From: an uncultured Verrucomicrobiae bacterium
GTDB taxonomy: Bacteria > Verrucomicrobiota > Verrucomicrobiia > Limisphaerales > Palsa-1400
Assembly: GCA_963764165.1 (NCBI GenBank)
Contig: CAVXRD010000002.1
Coordinates: forward strand, 3,072,001-3,136,000
Length of the DNA stretch: 64,000 nucleotides
Reading direction: 5' to 3'
The position numbers were made by a program, and so were the translations under genes. Positions 28,766-39,048 of the stretch are shown here, piece by piece (positions within the stretch are counted from its first letter, which is position 1; each line of letters opens with the position of its first letter). A model generated the notes under the pieces. The model had not been told where the DNA came from. It saw nothing but the letters and a program-made list of their open reading frames with translations, and ran no database searches.

Positions 28766-29146
28766 TTCTTATCGGCAGGAACCTTCTGGCGATTCAACGG
28801 CTCCCCCCAATGACACGAGCATCGCACCAGAGGGATGCCAATGTCACTAGGGATTTCCCTGATTATTTAGTGAGGCGCCTCCGTGCGCTTTCCAGTGTCG
28901 GCCATTGAAAATAAGACTTTGCAGCGACGCCCGTCCATTGTATGGATATGGTCATGGAACGAATCCATGACGTGTGATTGATGCCGGGCCGCGCGAAATG
29001 AACGGATGGAGGCAAAAAGCGATCACTTGAAGGTGGTGTTATTAATCGGACTGCGCAACTCTGCGCATTCTGAAGGGCGAGCTTTTGCCGCCGGACCCCT
29101 CGTGCATGCATAAAAGTCAATTTTGTTTGATTCTTCAGAGCCAATT

Positions 29147-30802
29147 ATGAGCAACAAATCCCTGCAATTCAAAGTCGCAACCGAGGACTGGGAATTTGAA
29201 CAGATCCATGAGCTGAATTACCGCACTTTCGTCGAGGAAATCCCTCAGCATCAACCGTCAGGCACTCCGCGCCTGGTTGATAAATTTCACAACGAGAACA
29301 CCTACTTGGTCTGCCTGGCCGACAAGCGGGTGGTGGGGATGATCGCGGCCCGGGGCCGCCGGCCGTTCTCGCTGGACCAGAAGCTGCCCAATCTCGATTC
29401 CTATTTGCCGCCGGGCCGCCGCGTTTGCGAAATCCGCCTGCTTTCAGTGGAGAAGGCATTCCGGAACAGCCAGGTTTTCCGGGGGCTGACCGCGCTGATG
29501 TGGCAATACGGCTTGGAGCATGGTTACGATCTGGGGGTCATTTCAGGCACGACCCGCCAGACGAAACTCTATCGCCATATTGGTTTTGTGCCATTTGGGC
29601 CGCTGCTGGGGTCGGCGGAAGCCTCATTCCAGCCTATGTATTTGACTCTGGAGAACTTTGAGAAGCAGGCGGAGGAATTTTTGCGCCAGCCGATCCGCCG
29701 CCAGGGCCCGGCCAGCTTTTTGCCAGGCCCCGTTTCGATTCATCCGCTCGTTCGCCGCGCTTTCGAGAAGGCTCCAGAATCCCATCGCGGCGACCAGTTC
29801 ATGGTGGACTTCCAAGCCACCCGCCGCCGCTTGTGCCAATTGGTGGGCGCCCAGCAGGTTCAGATTTTGCTCGGATCGGGCACGCTGGCCAATGATACCG
29901 TCGCCGCGCAGCTTTCTCTCGAAAAGAAACCAGGTTTGATCCTGAGCAACGGGGAATTCGGGGAGCGCCTCATTGATCATGCCAAACGGTTTGGCTTGAT
30001 GTTTGACACATTGAAATTCCGCTGGGGTGAACCTTTCAATCTCTCCGCGGTCGAACAGTTCCTGTCCCGTTCGTCCTCGGTCGGCTGGATGTGGTGCGTG
30101 CATTCCGAAACATCCACCGGCATGCTCAATCCGCTGTCGACTCTTCAAGCGCTCTGCGCCAAAGCCCGGGTGAAGCTATCGGTGGATTGCATCAGCTCCA
30201 TCGGCGTTGTGCCGGTAAATTTGGAAGGCATCTATCTGGCTTCGTGTGCCAGCGGCAAGGGGCTGGCGGGCTATCCAGGTTTGTGCATGGTGTTTCACAA
30301 CCACGCCTTGACCTCCTCGAAATCGCTTCCGCGTTACATGGATCTCGGCTGGTATGACGAGCATCAGGGCATCGCCTTCACGCATTCCTCGAATTTGATC
30401 TATGCGTTGGATGCCGCTGTCCGCCAGCCCAACTGGGCGGAGAAGTTCGACAGCGTCGCCGCGGTTTCCGCGCACCTGCGGAATCGCCTGCGCGAAATTG
30501 GCTTCACGCTGATTGCGCCCGATTCTGAAGCGACTCCGGGAGTGGTCACCATCGCCTTGGCGCCGTCCCAAAGCGCGGTGAAGCTGGGCCAGCAATTGCA
30601 CGGCGCGGGCTTCCTCTTGAGCTACAACAGCGATTACCTCCGCCAGCGGAACTGGATTCAAATTTGCCTGATGGGCCAATTCTCGCAGGAAAAGCTGGAG
30701 TCGCTGGTTAACTGGCTTGCCAAAAACCCAGTTCCCGTGGCGAACCCTCCCTTTGCGCCCCTCCAAAACGGATCGCCCGCCGCTCGCATCGCGACAGCGT
30801 AA
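29147..30802 (+). CDS. Fusion: GNAT-fold acyltransferase + class V PLP-dependent aminotransferase-fold domain
   Basis: N-terminal IHELNYRTFVEEIPQH...CEIRLLSV...LYRHIGF; C-terminal FLPGPV, GSGTLAND, NGEFGERL, VHSETSTG, VDCISS, SGKG. Confidence 0.88.
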   Translation: MSNKSLQFKVATEDWEFEQIHELNYRTFVEEIPQHQPSGTPRLVDKFHNENTYLVCLADKRVVGMIAARGRRPFSLDQKLPNLDSYLPPGRRVCEIRLLSVEKAFRNSQVFRGLTALMWQYGLEHGYDLGVISGTTRQTKLYRHIGFVPFGPLLGSAEASFQPMYLTLENFEKQAEEFLRQPIRRQGPASFLPGPVSIHPLVRRAFEKAPESHRGDQFMVDFQATRRRLCQLVGAQQVQILLGSGTLANDTVAAQLSLEKKPGLILSNGEFGERLIDHAKRFGLMFDTLKFRWGEPFNLSAVEQFLSRSSSVGWMWCVHSETSTGMLNPLSTLQALCAKARVKLSVDCISSIGVVPVNLEGIYLASCASGKGLAGYPGLCMVFHNHALTSSKSLPRYMDLGWYDEHQGIAFTHSSNLIYALDAAVRQPNWAEKFDSVAAVSAHLRNRLREIGFTLIAPDSEATPGVVTIALAPSQSAVKLGQQLHGAGFLLSYNSDYLRQRNWIQICLMGQFSQEKLESLVNWLAKNPVPVANPPFAPLQNGSPAARIATA

Positions 30803-30889
30803 ACCGAGCGGGAAGATTGCCGCCGATTAATTGGAGCGGCGCCTCCGCGATGACGCGAACCGCGGAGGACGCCAGGACGGAACTGAAGG

Positions 30890-31594
30890 CTAGAAGGAAT
30901 AGCTGACGCCGAGTGTCAGCACCGGCCAGAACTCCGCATAGCGGGCGTCGTGCTTGATTTTGCCGTCGACGGTGGCCAGATCGGAGTTGAATTGTCTTTG
31001 AACATACGGGTTGGGGTTGCTTTCCGATCCCGACAAGCTCACCCGCGGATCGCCCGCGTACATCGCGCCCAATTCACCGACGAGCGCCCAATGATGCTCA
31101 CGGTCGAAATAGCAAAGATTGCCGCGGATGCCGATGTACGGATCGACGGGCTGCTGCTGGATGCGCAGCGCAACACTGCCATCGTAGTGATCTCCTTCGA
31201 CCGTGATCCTGCCAGAGGCGGAGCCGTCAAGCATCAGCTCGTTGATGACCGCGCCCACGCAGATGTGAAATGAGCTGGTTTTCCAAGGATAAATATCCAA
31301 GGTAAGCGGTGCGAACAGGAACTGCGCATGGCCTTGGTAATCGATGTTCTGAATCGTGTCACTGCCCGAGAATGAGAGATAATTGATCCCAGCGCGCAAC
31401 CCCAGGTTATCAATAAATCGCCAACTCACCGTGCCGCCAGGCCCCATCGTGCTGATGGGATCCACTCCCAGCGACAGGGAGCGGTAAGGCGGGGAATTCG
31501 TCAAATCTGTGGCGGATGCGGATCCGACAGCCCCAAAACACGCGACCGCCGCAAGGCCCGCGATAATCGAATATTTGATTGGATATGTTTTCAT
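30890..31594 (-). CDS. Putative outer-membrane beta-barrel protein
   Basis: Signal peptide, amphipathic strands, PYIGI, terminal LGVSYSF. Confidence 0.8.
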   Translation of the reverse strand: MKTYPIKYSIIAGLAAVACFGAVGSASATDLTNSPPYRSLSLGVDPISTMGPGGTVSWRFIDNLGLRAGINYLSFSGSDTIQNIDYQGHAQFLFAPLTLDIYPWKTSSFHICVGAVINELMLDGSASGRITVEGDHYDGSVALRIQQQPVDPYIGIRGNLCYFDREHHWALVGELGAMYAGDPRVSLSGSESNPNPYVQRQFNSDLATVDGKIKHDARYAEFWPVLTLGVSYSF

Positions 31595-31866
31595 AGGTTG
31601 ACTGAATTTTCACCGGCCCGGCACGGACCAGCCCGCGCCCGAGGGCCAATTCATTTTTGATCGCCAGTTGCTTCTCAGAAAGATGAGGGCATTGCAAGTA
31701 TTATTTGACAGAAGCCGCATAAGGTCCGCTTTTTCTGGTTGCCAAATCCTCATCTTCTGCTAGAAGAATGTGATTGCCAATGAGAAGGGTCTGATTTCCG
31801 TTTGTGCCGATCAAAGAGGGGGGTATCCGGTTTGGAGCCACCGACGGAACGGGGCCTGTGAAAACT

Positions 31867-34800
31867 ATGAAAACAAACTTGCTGCCGCCGCCGACCCTTC
31901 ATGCCGGAATTTCCTGGCTTGCCCGAATGCCATGGGGCTTCGCAGCGGCCCTGATCCTTTTCGTTGGGTCTTCGGCCTTTGGCCAGAATTCCTTTTCGGT
32001 GGGGACAAACTTGGTCGACATTTCGCAGAAGACCGGAAACGAAACGGATCCATCCATTGCCATCAGCCCCCTGAACTCCAGCAACATGGTGGTCGCCGCG
32101 GCGACGGATGCCCAGCAGCCGGGCCTTTTTTTTGCCTTTACTACCAACCTCGGCAAAACGTGGTACACCAATTACATCGCCACCAATTCGGATTCCCAAG
32201 GATTAACCCCGGGTTATGGCGAGCCCTCGGTGGCCTGGGATTCCTTCGGGAATTTGTTCCTGGCGTATATGCCCTACACTTTCGAGGGCGTTGCCATCGC
32301 GGTGAGCACGAATAACGGCAGCAACTTCATGTTCGTCACCAACCTCGCCAAATTTGACTCGACGGATCAGCCGCGCATCACCTCCGCCTACTCGGGGAAG
32401 GGGGCTGGCAGCGTCTGGGTCGTCTATAAAGACTACACGACGACGATGCCGATCTTTTCCCCGCTTCAGGTTCAATCCGCTCTCTCCACCGGCCTCGGGT
32501 CCATCGGGACGTTTGGCGTTCCCCAAATTGTGCCGGAATCGACCGACGGCGGATTCGCGGACATCGCTGTCGGGCCGCTGGGACAGGTCATGGTGGCGTT
32601 CCAGGACAATCTCGATGGCGATCCAGATCCCGCCGCCTATCCCACCGCCAATATCTGGGCTGCCTTCGAAACAAACGATTACACCGGCGGCATCATCACC
32701 AACAGCGGGTTTTTGGACGCGGAAATCATTGCCTCGGATGCGATTGGCGGGCGCACTTACATTGCGGCGGCGCCCACGGGTATCGGCATCAACGCCGCGC
32801 CGGGATTGATGTGGAATTGCAATGCAAATTCCACCAATTACGACGAAGTTGGCATCGTCTATACCGCCGTTGGCCCGAACCAGAGCGCGGTGATCAATTA
32901 CCTGACTTCGACGGATTTTGGAACCAACGCCTTGGGGGTCTCGACCAATTGGAATCAAACCTATGTGGACGACGACGCGGCTCAAGGCAACGCCGACCAT
33001 TTCCTGCCCCGCACGGCCATCGACCAGGAAACGGGCATCCTCGTGTGCTCCTGGTTTGACTGCCGCAACGATCAGGGCGGCGCTTCGGCGCCGATCACAA
33101 ACGTGTTTACGGCTAAGTTCACCTTCAGCAGCCTTTCGATGGTGACGAATGTCTTTTTCACCAATGACATTCCGGATATTTCGGAAACGTGGACAACGAG
33201 CACCTCCGGCAAAACGACCAACATCAGCATCTTCCTCACCGCCGACAACGCTGGAGGAACCGTGATCACCAATGACGGCATTTCGCAGATTTTCGTAGGC
33301 GATTCCACCACGACAAATTTCATCATGGATCTGGCTGGGACAAACGAGGGCAGCGTGACGGTCACGATCACTGTTACGAATCTAAACACGGAAGGTTACA
33401 CGGGCGGAACTCCGAATTCGGAACCTGTCATGTACTCGACCATCAGTTTTGACGGCGGCAGGACGTTTCTCGCGAATCAACAATTAAGCCCAGCCAATCA
33501 GCTTATTGTGAAACCGGCGGTTGGGGTTGCTTCCGAGGTGTCCGGGTCGACCAGCCTGACGGGCTGGGGCCATTACACGGGCCTGGCGGCGTATGGCGCG
33601 AGCTTCTTTCCTGTCTGGCCGGATAACTCCGATGTCACCACCAATAATCCAGACGGGGCGCACAAAAATTTTGATCTTTACATGATCACTTCCGGGCCGG
33701 GCCAATCCGGGATCTCCGTGCCGGTTGCGAATTTGAGGATTTGGGTGACGAATTCGCCCAACCCCGTCATTTCCGCCGGGGTGCTCGTTTATTCCGTCAT
33801 CGTCAGCAACGGCGGCCCCAAGACCGCGACTCCGCTTACGGTTACGAATATACTCTCGACCAATGTGACGCTTATTCCAAACGGCGTCATTCCGGCCTTG
33901 GGCGGAACCTACACGGTCGACTACACAACCAACGGCCAGGAGGAAGTTATTTTCAATCTGCCGTCGCTCCCCGCCTTGGGTTTGCTGACGAACACGATTC
34001 GTGTCACCGCAACCACTTCGGGTATCGATACAAATTTTGCCTCGGTGTATACTCCGTTCATCAATCTCTCGCCGACCAACGCGACCAATCAACTTGTCGT
34101 TATCGTGGAGGGCCAGGATTTGACGATGAGCCTCGGCGCCTCCGAGACCAATGTGCTCATTGGCGACACCGTCGTCAGTTGGGTAACGGTGACCAATCTT
34201 GGCCCCGCCACCAACGGGCCGGTCTACATCACCAATTATTTCTCCCCCAATTGGACAAACGTCACGATCCAAGCCCAAGGCACCAATCTCGTCACCAACA
34301 CGCCGTCGGGAACCATCGTCATCGCGGATTTGGGGCTTTTGCCAGTCGGCAAGCCCGTCACCGCCTATTTCACCGCTGTGGCGCTGAGCGGCGACGCCTT
34401 TGGAGACACCACCAACGCATCCGAATACGCGGTCGTTTCCAGCCAGGACTACGACACGAATTTGCTCGATAATGCGGCGGCCCTGAACTTCTACATCAAC
34501 GGCGAGAACCTTGCAGTCGGTTTGGTGACACCCGCCACCAACGTCGATCAGGGTGTTCCATTCGTATATTCGATTTACGTCACGAACCTGGGCAATTCAT
34601 ACTCGGGGCAGGTCGTTGTCACCAACATGCTTTCCACGAATTTGCAGCCGCTGTCGATATTGCAATCGCAGGGCACAGTTACAAACTACGGCGTCAGCAA
34701 TCAGCTCGTCTTCAACCTTGGCACGATTGGCGCCGGAGAAATTGCGGAGATGTCCATCACCGCCGAATCGATCGGCCTGCCGCCGGTCGCCACAAGCTCA

Positions 34801-36678
34801 GTCACTGTGTCCAGCTCTGACTTTGACTTGAATCTTGTCAACAACAGCGTCACCAACGCCATTGGCATTAACGGGGAAGATCTTGCCGTCGTCGTGACTC
34901 CGTCGAGCGCGAGCGTCGACTTGGGGCAATCCGTGACGTTCTCCATCGTGGTCGACAATTTCGGGCTTTCCTACAACGGCGTGATTACAGTGACCAACGT
35001 CGTTTCCTCAAACCTTGTGGTGACGGGCGAGACTCAATCACAGGGCACAAACGTCACCACCGGCAATCAAACGGTGTTCACGCTCGGGGCGCTCGGAGTC
35101 AGGCAATCCGCGGTTTTGACAGTGACCGCGATGGCTGTCTCCGGCCCGGCGCCTGCCACTGACGTGGCGCTAGTGTCGGAAACCGACTTCGACCTTTTCC
35201 CGGCCAACAACGCGGCAACCAATGCCATCACTGTCAACAATGAGGATTTGGCCATCGGAGTGACCGTCTCTCCCTCTACCCAGCAAGTCGGCCAGCCGGT
35301 GACCTTCAATGAAATCGTCACGAACATAGGGCTGTCCTTTAACGGTGATGTCCTCGTGACCAACACGATTTCCACCAACCTTGGCAGCATCACCGTCCTG
35401 CGCCCATCCAGCTACACCATCAATGGCAATGTGATTGTTTTCGATCTCGGGCAATTAAGCGCGGGCCAGACGGTTCCGATCGCCGTATCGGCCATTCCCA
35501 CGAGCGTTGGCACCGGCTCGCTGGCGGCGGGAGTGAGCAGCCTCAGCTTCGACACAAACCTTGCCAACAATTCCGCCACCGCCAAGCTCACCATCACCAA
35601 GGCGCTGCCGATGATCAGCAATATCGTCGTGACCCCGCTGGCCAGCAGCGCGTTCATCTCCTTCAAGACGGGCTACCCGGCGACGGTGCAGGTGCTTTAC
35701 GGGAACACGACAAACTACGGCAGCGTCACATCCGAAACTTCCGCCGCCACGACCAATCACGCTGTGTTATTGACGGGATTGGCGGGCGGCACCAATTACG
35801 ATTTTCAAATCCAGGCCACCGTGTATTCAAAATTATACACGACGAATGGAACATTCAGCACCACCACCAATTTAATTCTGACCACGGTGGACGCGCGTTA
35901 CTCGGGCTTGTGGACAGAAGGCGCCGGCATTCCCGGGATTTATGACACGACATATCAGTACACGCGAACCACCAACAGCAACGCAAATGCCTGGTCGAGT
36001 TTTGATCCGTCTATTCCGGCATCCGGATTATACAACGTGTACGTTTGGTATCCACAAAACGTGAATTTCACCACCAACGCCCAGGTTTACTTTTACGGCG
36101 CGACGAATCAGTTCAGCCTTTCGGTCAACCAAACCACCAACGGCGGAGCCTGGCTGCCGCTGGCGACCAACATGTATTTCAGCAGCGGCACCAACGGCGC
36201 TGTGCTCTATTACAACGACACTGGCGAAACCAACAAGTACCTCGTCGTCGACGCCATGATGTGGACATACGACGCGGCGCAGGATTATCCGACGAACGGA
36301 ACTGTGCCGGCGTGGTGGGCGAATTTTTATTTTGGCACCAACGTCAACGGCTACGTCAATGGCGCCAGCGACGTGAATGGAACCGGCTATTCTGTATTTG
36401 ACGATTACGTGCTTGGCCTCAATCCGACAGACACGAATTCAACCGTGAATTTCACTGTGGCCCCCATGCCGGGAAGCCAGGTCGCGGTGACATTCTCGCC
36501 ATGGCAGGGCGGCCGCAATTACGAACTGCAAAGCACGACCGACCTATCACAAGGCGCTTGGACCACGCTGACGAACACTTACACAGTCGGCACGAATGGA
36601 TCTGGAACATTTATTGTTTCCCAGCCCAATGCGGTCAATGCCTTCTATCGGTTGCAAGCCCAATTGAGCGGGCAGTAG
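31867..36678 (+). CDS. Very large secreted protein: sialidase/BNR-like propeller, five DUF11-like repeats, FN3-like domain, carbohydrate-binding-like domain and conserved C-terminal domain
   Basis: Asp-box-like TTNLGKTW, STNNGSNF and SFDGGRTF; repeats DL.V....V..G....Y/F...V.N.G...D.N..NN; PASGLYNVYVWYP...VDAMMW. Confidence 0.85.
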   Translation: MKTNLLPPPTLHAGISWLARMPWGFAAALILFVGSSAFGQNSFSVGTNLVDISQKTGNETDPSIAISPLNSSNMVVAAATDAQQPGLFFAFTTNLGKTWYTNYIATNSDSQGLTPGYGEPSVAWDSFGNLFLAYMPYTFEGVAIAVSTNNGSNFMFVTNLAKFDSTDQPRITSAYSGKGAGSVWVVYKDYTTTMPIFSPLQVQSALSTGLGSIGTFGVPQIVPESTDGGFADIAVGPLGQVMVAFQDNLDGDPDPAAYPTANIWAAFETNDYTGGIITNSGFLDAEIIASDAIGGRTYIAAAPTGIGINAAPGLMWNCNANSTNYDEVGIVYTAVGPNQSAVINYLTSTDFGTNALGVSTNWNQTYVDDDAAQGNADHFLPRTAIDQETGILVCSWFDCRNDQGGASAPITNVFTAKFTFSSLSMVTNVFFTNDIPDISETWTTSTSGKTTNISIFLTADNAGGTVITNDGISQIFVGDSTTTNFIMDLAGTNEGSVTVTITVTNLNTEGYTGGTPNSEPVMYSTISFDGGRTFLANQQLSPANQLIVKPAVGVASEVSGSTSLTGWGHYTGLAAYGASFFPVWPDNSDVTTNNPDGAHKNFDLYMITSGPGQSGISVPVANLRIWVTNSPNPVISAGVLVYSVIVSNGGPKTATPLTVTNILSTNVTLIPNGVIPALGGTYTVDYTTNGQEEVIFNLPSLPALGLLTNTIRVTATTSGIDTNFASVYTPFINLSPTNATNQLVVIVEGQDLTMSLGASETNVLIGDTVVSWVTVTNLGPATNGPVYITNYFSPNWTNVTIQAQGTNLVTNTPSGTIVIADLGLLPVGKPVTAYFTAVALSGDAFGDTTNASEYAVVSSQDYDTNLLDNAAALNFYINGENLAVGLVTPATNVDQGVPFVYSIYVTNLGNSYSGQVVVTNMLSTNLQPLSILQSQGTVTNYGVSNQLVFNLGTIGAGEIAEMSITAESIGLPPVATSSVTVSSSDFDLNLVNNSVTNAIGINGEDLAVVVTPSSASVDLGQSVTFSIVVDNFGLSYNGVITVTNVVSSNLVVTGETQSQGTNVTTGNQTVFTLGALGVRQSAVLTVTAMAVSGPAPATDVALVSETDFDLFPANNAATNAITVNNEDLAIGVTVSPSTQQVGQPVTFNEIVTNIGLSFNGDVLVTNTISTNLGSITVLRPSSYTINGNVIVFDLGQLSAGQTVPIAVSAIPTSVGTGSLAAGVSSLSFDTNLANNSATAKLTITKALPMISNIVVTPLASSAFISFKTGYPATVQVLYGNTTNYGSVTSETSAATTNHAVLLTGLAGGTNYDFQIQATVYSKLYTTNGTFSTTTNLILTTVDARYSGLWTEGAGIPGIYDTTYQYTRTTNSNANAWSSFDPSIPASGLYNVYVWYPQNVNFTTNAQVYFYGATNQFSLSVNQTTNGGAWLPLATNMYFSSGTNGAVLYYNDTGETNKYLVVDAMMWTYDAAQDYPTNGTVPAWWANFYFGTNVNGYVNGASDVNGTGYSVFDDYVLGLNPTDTNSTVNFTVAPMPGSQVAVTFSPWQGGRNYELQSTTDLSQGAWTTLTNTYTVGTNGSGTFIVSQPNAVNAFYRLQAQLSGQ

Positions 36679-36699
36679 AGAAGAAGAGGGAAGAATTTA

Positions 36700-36851
36700 T
36701 TAATCAGGAACGACCGAACTCAGGAAAGGAGGCTTGGGATCGTTGTCCGAATTATGGGAGTAATGGGAATGAGGGGAGCGATGGGAGCGAACTAACGATG
36801 CGCGTGAGACCACTTTGGCTTCTTTTCCTGAGTTCGGTCGTTCCTGATTAA
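36700..36851. repeat. Second full copy of family R1 element
   Basis: TTAATCAGGAACGACCGAACTCAGGAAAGGAGGC (36700-36733) and its near-exact inverse (36818-36851); internal ATGGGA repeats as in the 10101 copy. Confidence 0.85.
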
Positions 36852-36876
36852 AAACCCCTTCCCTTTCCCCTTCCCC

Positions 36877-38457
36877 TCAGTTCGTGGCCCAATAACAATA
36901 TTCGATGTTCGGGAAGATATTGTCGCTCTGTTCGACTTGTGAGAGCCACGGCTCGTCCACTTCGCCGGCGGTGATTTGCCGGTGCAATTCGAGAAATCTT
37001 GCCAGATGGTCCTTCACCCGCCGCGTGGCGTATTCCGGGCTTGTGCCGGTGCGAAGGATGAATGGCCAATCGCTTGACTGTGCCAGCATGAGTTCGCGCC
37101 CAGCCTGGCAAAGCGCGCGGCGCAGGGTGCCTTCCGCATTTGGAAATGCGTCCGCCAATTCCGTCATGCGCGCTTGCGCGATGCGCAGATGCGGATAAAT
37201 CCATTCGTTGGATTCGTTGAGCCATACCCGCCAAAATCCTTCCTCGCCCCAGCTCGATGCCGCTGGCGTGGCGACTTGCTGGGTCGGCTGCTTCTTCAAG
37301 TATTCGCTCGGGGTAACCAGCGTAAAAACCTTTTGGTCAAAGTAGGCCTTGCGCATGAAATAATTCAAAAACTCCGGCCCTTCATACCACCAGTGGCCAA
37401 ACAACTCCGCGTCATAAGGAGACAAAACTAGTGGCGGCTTGTCCATGATCGCGCCCAGCTTGCCCAATTGATCCATGCGCGCCTGGAGAAAATGCGCCGC
37501 GTGCTCGTCCGCCGCGCGAAGAGCGGCAGTCCGGTCGTAAACCTGCTTGTCAAATGTATCGCCGGTGATGCGATGATATTTGATTCCCGTGAAACCTCGC
37601 ATGTCCGGGGTCGGCAAATAGGGTTTGATGTAGTCGAAATCCAAATCGAATCCAATGTCGCGGTAGAAATCGCGGTAGCGCCCATCGCCCGGATAACCCT
37701 GCTGCTTGCTCCAAACCTGCCGCGCCGATTCAAAATCGCGCCCGAAAGCGGCGACGCCATTCGGCGTGAAAATGGGCGCGAACACGCCGTAGCGCGGCCG
37801 GGGCGTGGCGTGCAAAAGCCCGTGTGTTTCCGTCACGAACCAGCGAATGTTCGCTTCCGCCAAAACTTCCTCGATGCCGTGCGAATAAGCGCACTCGGGA
37901 AGCCAGATGCCGCGCGGGTCGCGCCCGAAACACGAACGGTGGAAATCACGCGCCACCAAAATCTGCGCCCGCAGCGAAGGTTTGTCGTCCGCCAGCAGCG
38001 GCAGCAGCGCATGTGTCGCGGAGCACGTGGCGATTTCAATGAGATCGTCCTCCTCCATCCGCCGGAACGCGCCGACGATGTTCCGCCCGTAATCAAAATA
38101 CGTTTCGCGCAGGCTGGTGAATCGGTGGTGATACATCCACGCCAATTCGCGATAAGTCTTGTCCCAATGCGTGCGATGAATTTCGCTTTCCGCGAGTTGA
38201 ATCAGCCCGTCCAGATGGCGCACGTAGCGCTCCTGCAGCATCGGGTCGAGCAGCATGGCGCAGAGCGGCGGCGACATGGTAAGGGTCATGCGGGCCTTCA
38301 TGCCGTCGCGCTGCCACGATTCCATGATTTGGATCAGGGGCAGGTACGTTTCTGTGATGGCCTCGAAAAGCCAGTTCTCCTCCAGGAACTTCGAATGTTC
38401 CGGATGCCGGACAAACGGCAGGTGCGCGTGCAGCAATAGGGCAAAATGGCCTTGCAT
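36877..38457 (-). CDS. GH57 1,4-alpha-glucan branching enzyme (DUF1957)
   Basis: LHAHLPFVRH, EAITETYLP, GIWLPECAY, PYDAELFGHWWYEGP, QSSDWPF. Confidence 0.95.
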   Translation of the reverse strand: MQGHFALLLHAHLPFVRHPEHSKFLEENWLFEAITETYLPLIQIMESWQRDGMKARMTLTMSPPLCAMLLDPMLQERYVRHLDGLIQLAESEIHRTHWDKTYRELAWMYHHRFTSLRETYFDYGRNIVGAFRRMEEDDLIEIATCSATHALLPLLADDKPSLRAQILVARDFHRSCFGRDPRGIWLPECAYSHGIEEVLAEANIRWFVTETHGLLHATPRPRYGVFAPIFTPNGVAAFGRDFESARQVWSKQQGYPGDGRYRDFYRDIGFDLDFDYIKPYLPTPDMRGFTGIKYHRITGDTFDKQVYDRTAALRAADEHAAHFLQARMDQLGKLGAIMDKPPLVLSPYDAELFGHWWYEGPEFLNYFMRKAYFDQKVFTLVTPSEYLKKQPTQQVATPAASSWGEEGFWRVWLNESNEWIYPHLRIAQARMTELADAFPNAEGTLRRALCQAGRELMLAQSSDWPFILRTGTSPEYATRRVKDHLARFLELHRQITAGEVDEPWLSQVEQSDNIFPNIEYCYWATN

Positions 38458-38474
38458 GGATTCGTGAGGGTGTC

Positions 38475-38741
38475 TTATTCGAGGTCTTTCGTCAAATGCG
38501 CCGCCATCGCTTTTGACTTAGCATAGACCGCCAGTCCCAGGACCATCGGAATCCCTTTCAAAATCAGCATGACCGGCCCCGAGGGCTGCGCCTCGTGCTG
38601 GAAGTATTGGGAAAATGCCGAAGAATGGTGCAACAAGTATAAAAAAATATCTGGCGAGCAGAGCGCCAGGCTGATAATCATCAACCCGCACGCCACCAGC
38701 CGAATCGTGAACAAGGCGGCCTTGGCGTAAGGGCTTGTCAT
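38475..38741 (-). CDS. Small two-TM membrane protein
   Basis: MTSPYAKAALF... with two hydrophobic segments; the 20 extra N-terminal codons in the ORF track come from the MITE. Confidence 0.7.
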   Translation of the reverse strand: MTSPYAKAALFTIRLVACGLMIISLALCSPDIFLYLLHHSSAFSQYFQHEAQPSGPVMLILKGIPMVLGLAVYAKSKAMAAHLTKDLE

Positions 38742-38742
38742 T

Positions 38743-38999
38743 GGTTCCTCACTGTTTTCAGTGGAGTGCGGATATGTCTTTGTGCTCCTCTGCGCACTCA
38801 TCTTCTCCGCGCGAGACTTCTTTTCTCTCTGGCAGGCCGTTGGCCATGCGTGTGATACCGTCCAAGATTTCCGGTGATCTCATTTTGTTTCATCGTGTCA
38901 TTAAACGCAATCGCGCGCAGAGGCGCAGAGAACGCAGAGTTTCCTCGCCGAAATGAATCAGATTTGCCGCTGCTATTCCACCGAAATCTTCGAGGAACC
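38743..38999. mobile_element. ISL3-type MITE (257 bp) with perfect 8-bp target-site duplication
   Basis: Ends GGTTCCTCACTGTTTTCAGTGGA / TCCACCGAAATCTTCGAGGAACC; TTGTCATT flanks both sides (38735-38742 and 39000-39007). Confidence 0.85.
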
Positions 39000-39048
39000 T
39001 TGTCATTCGTTCACAAGGCTTGAACCGGCGCTGCTGCGGATTCCACGC

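Noticed and set aside
27812..28813. 333-aa plus-strand ORF
   Set aside because: It overlaps the S1/P1 nuclease and receiver genes in antisense and has no recognisable domain.
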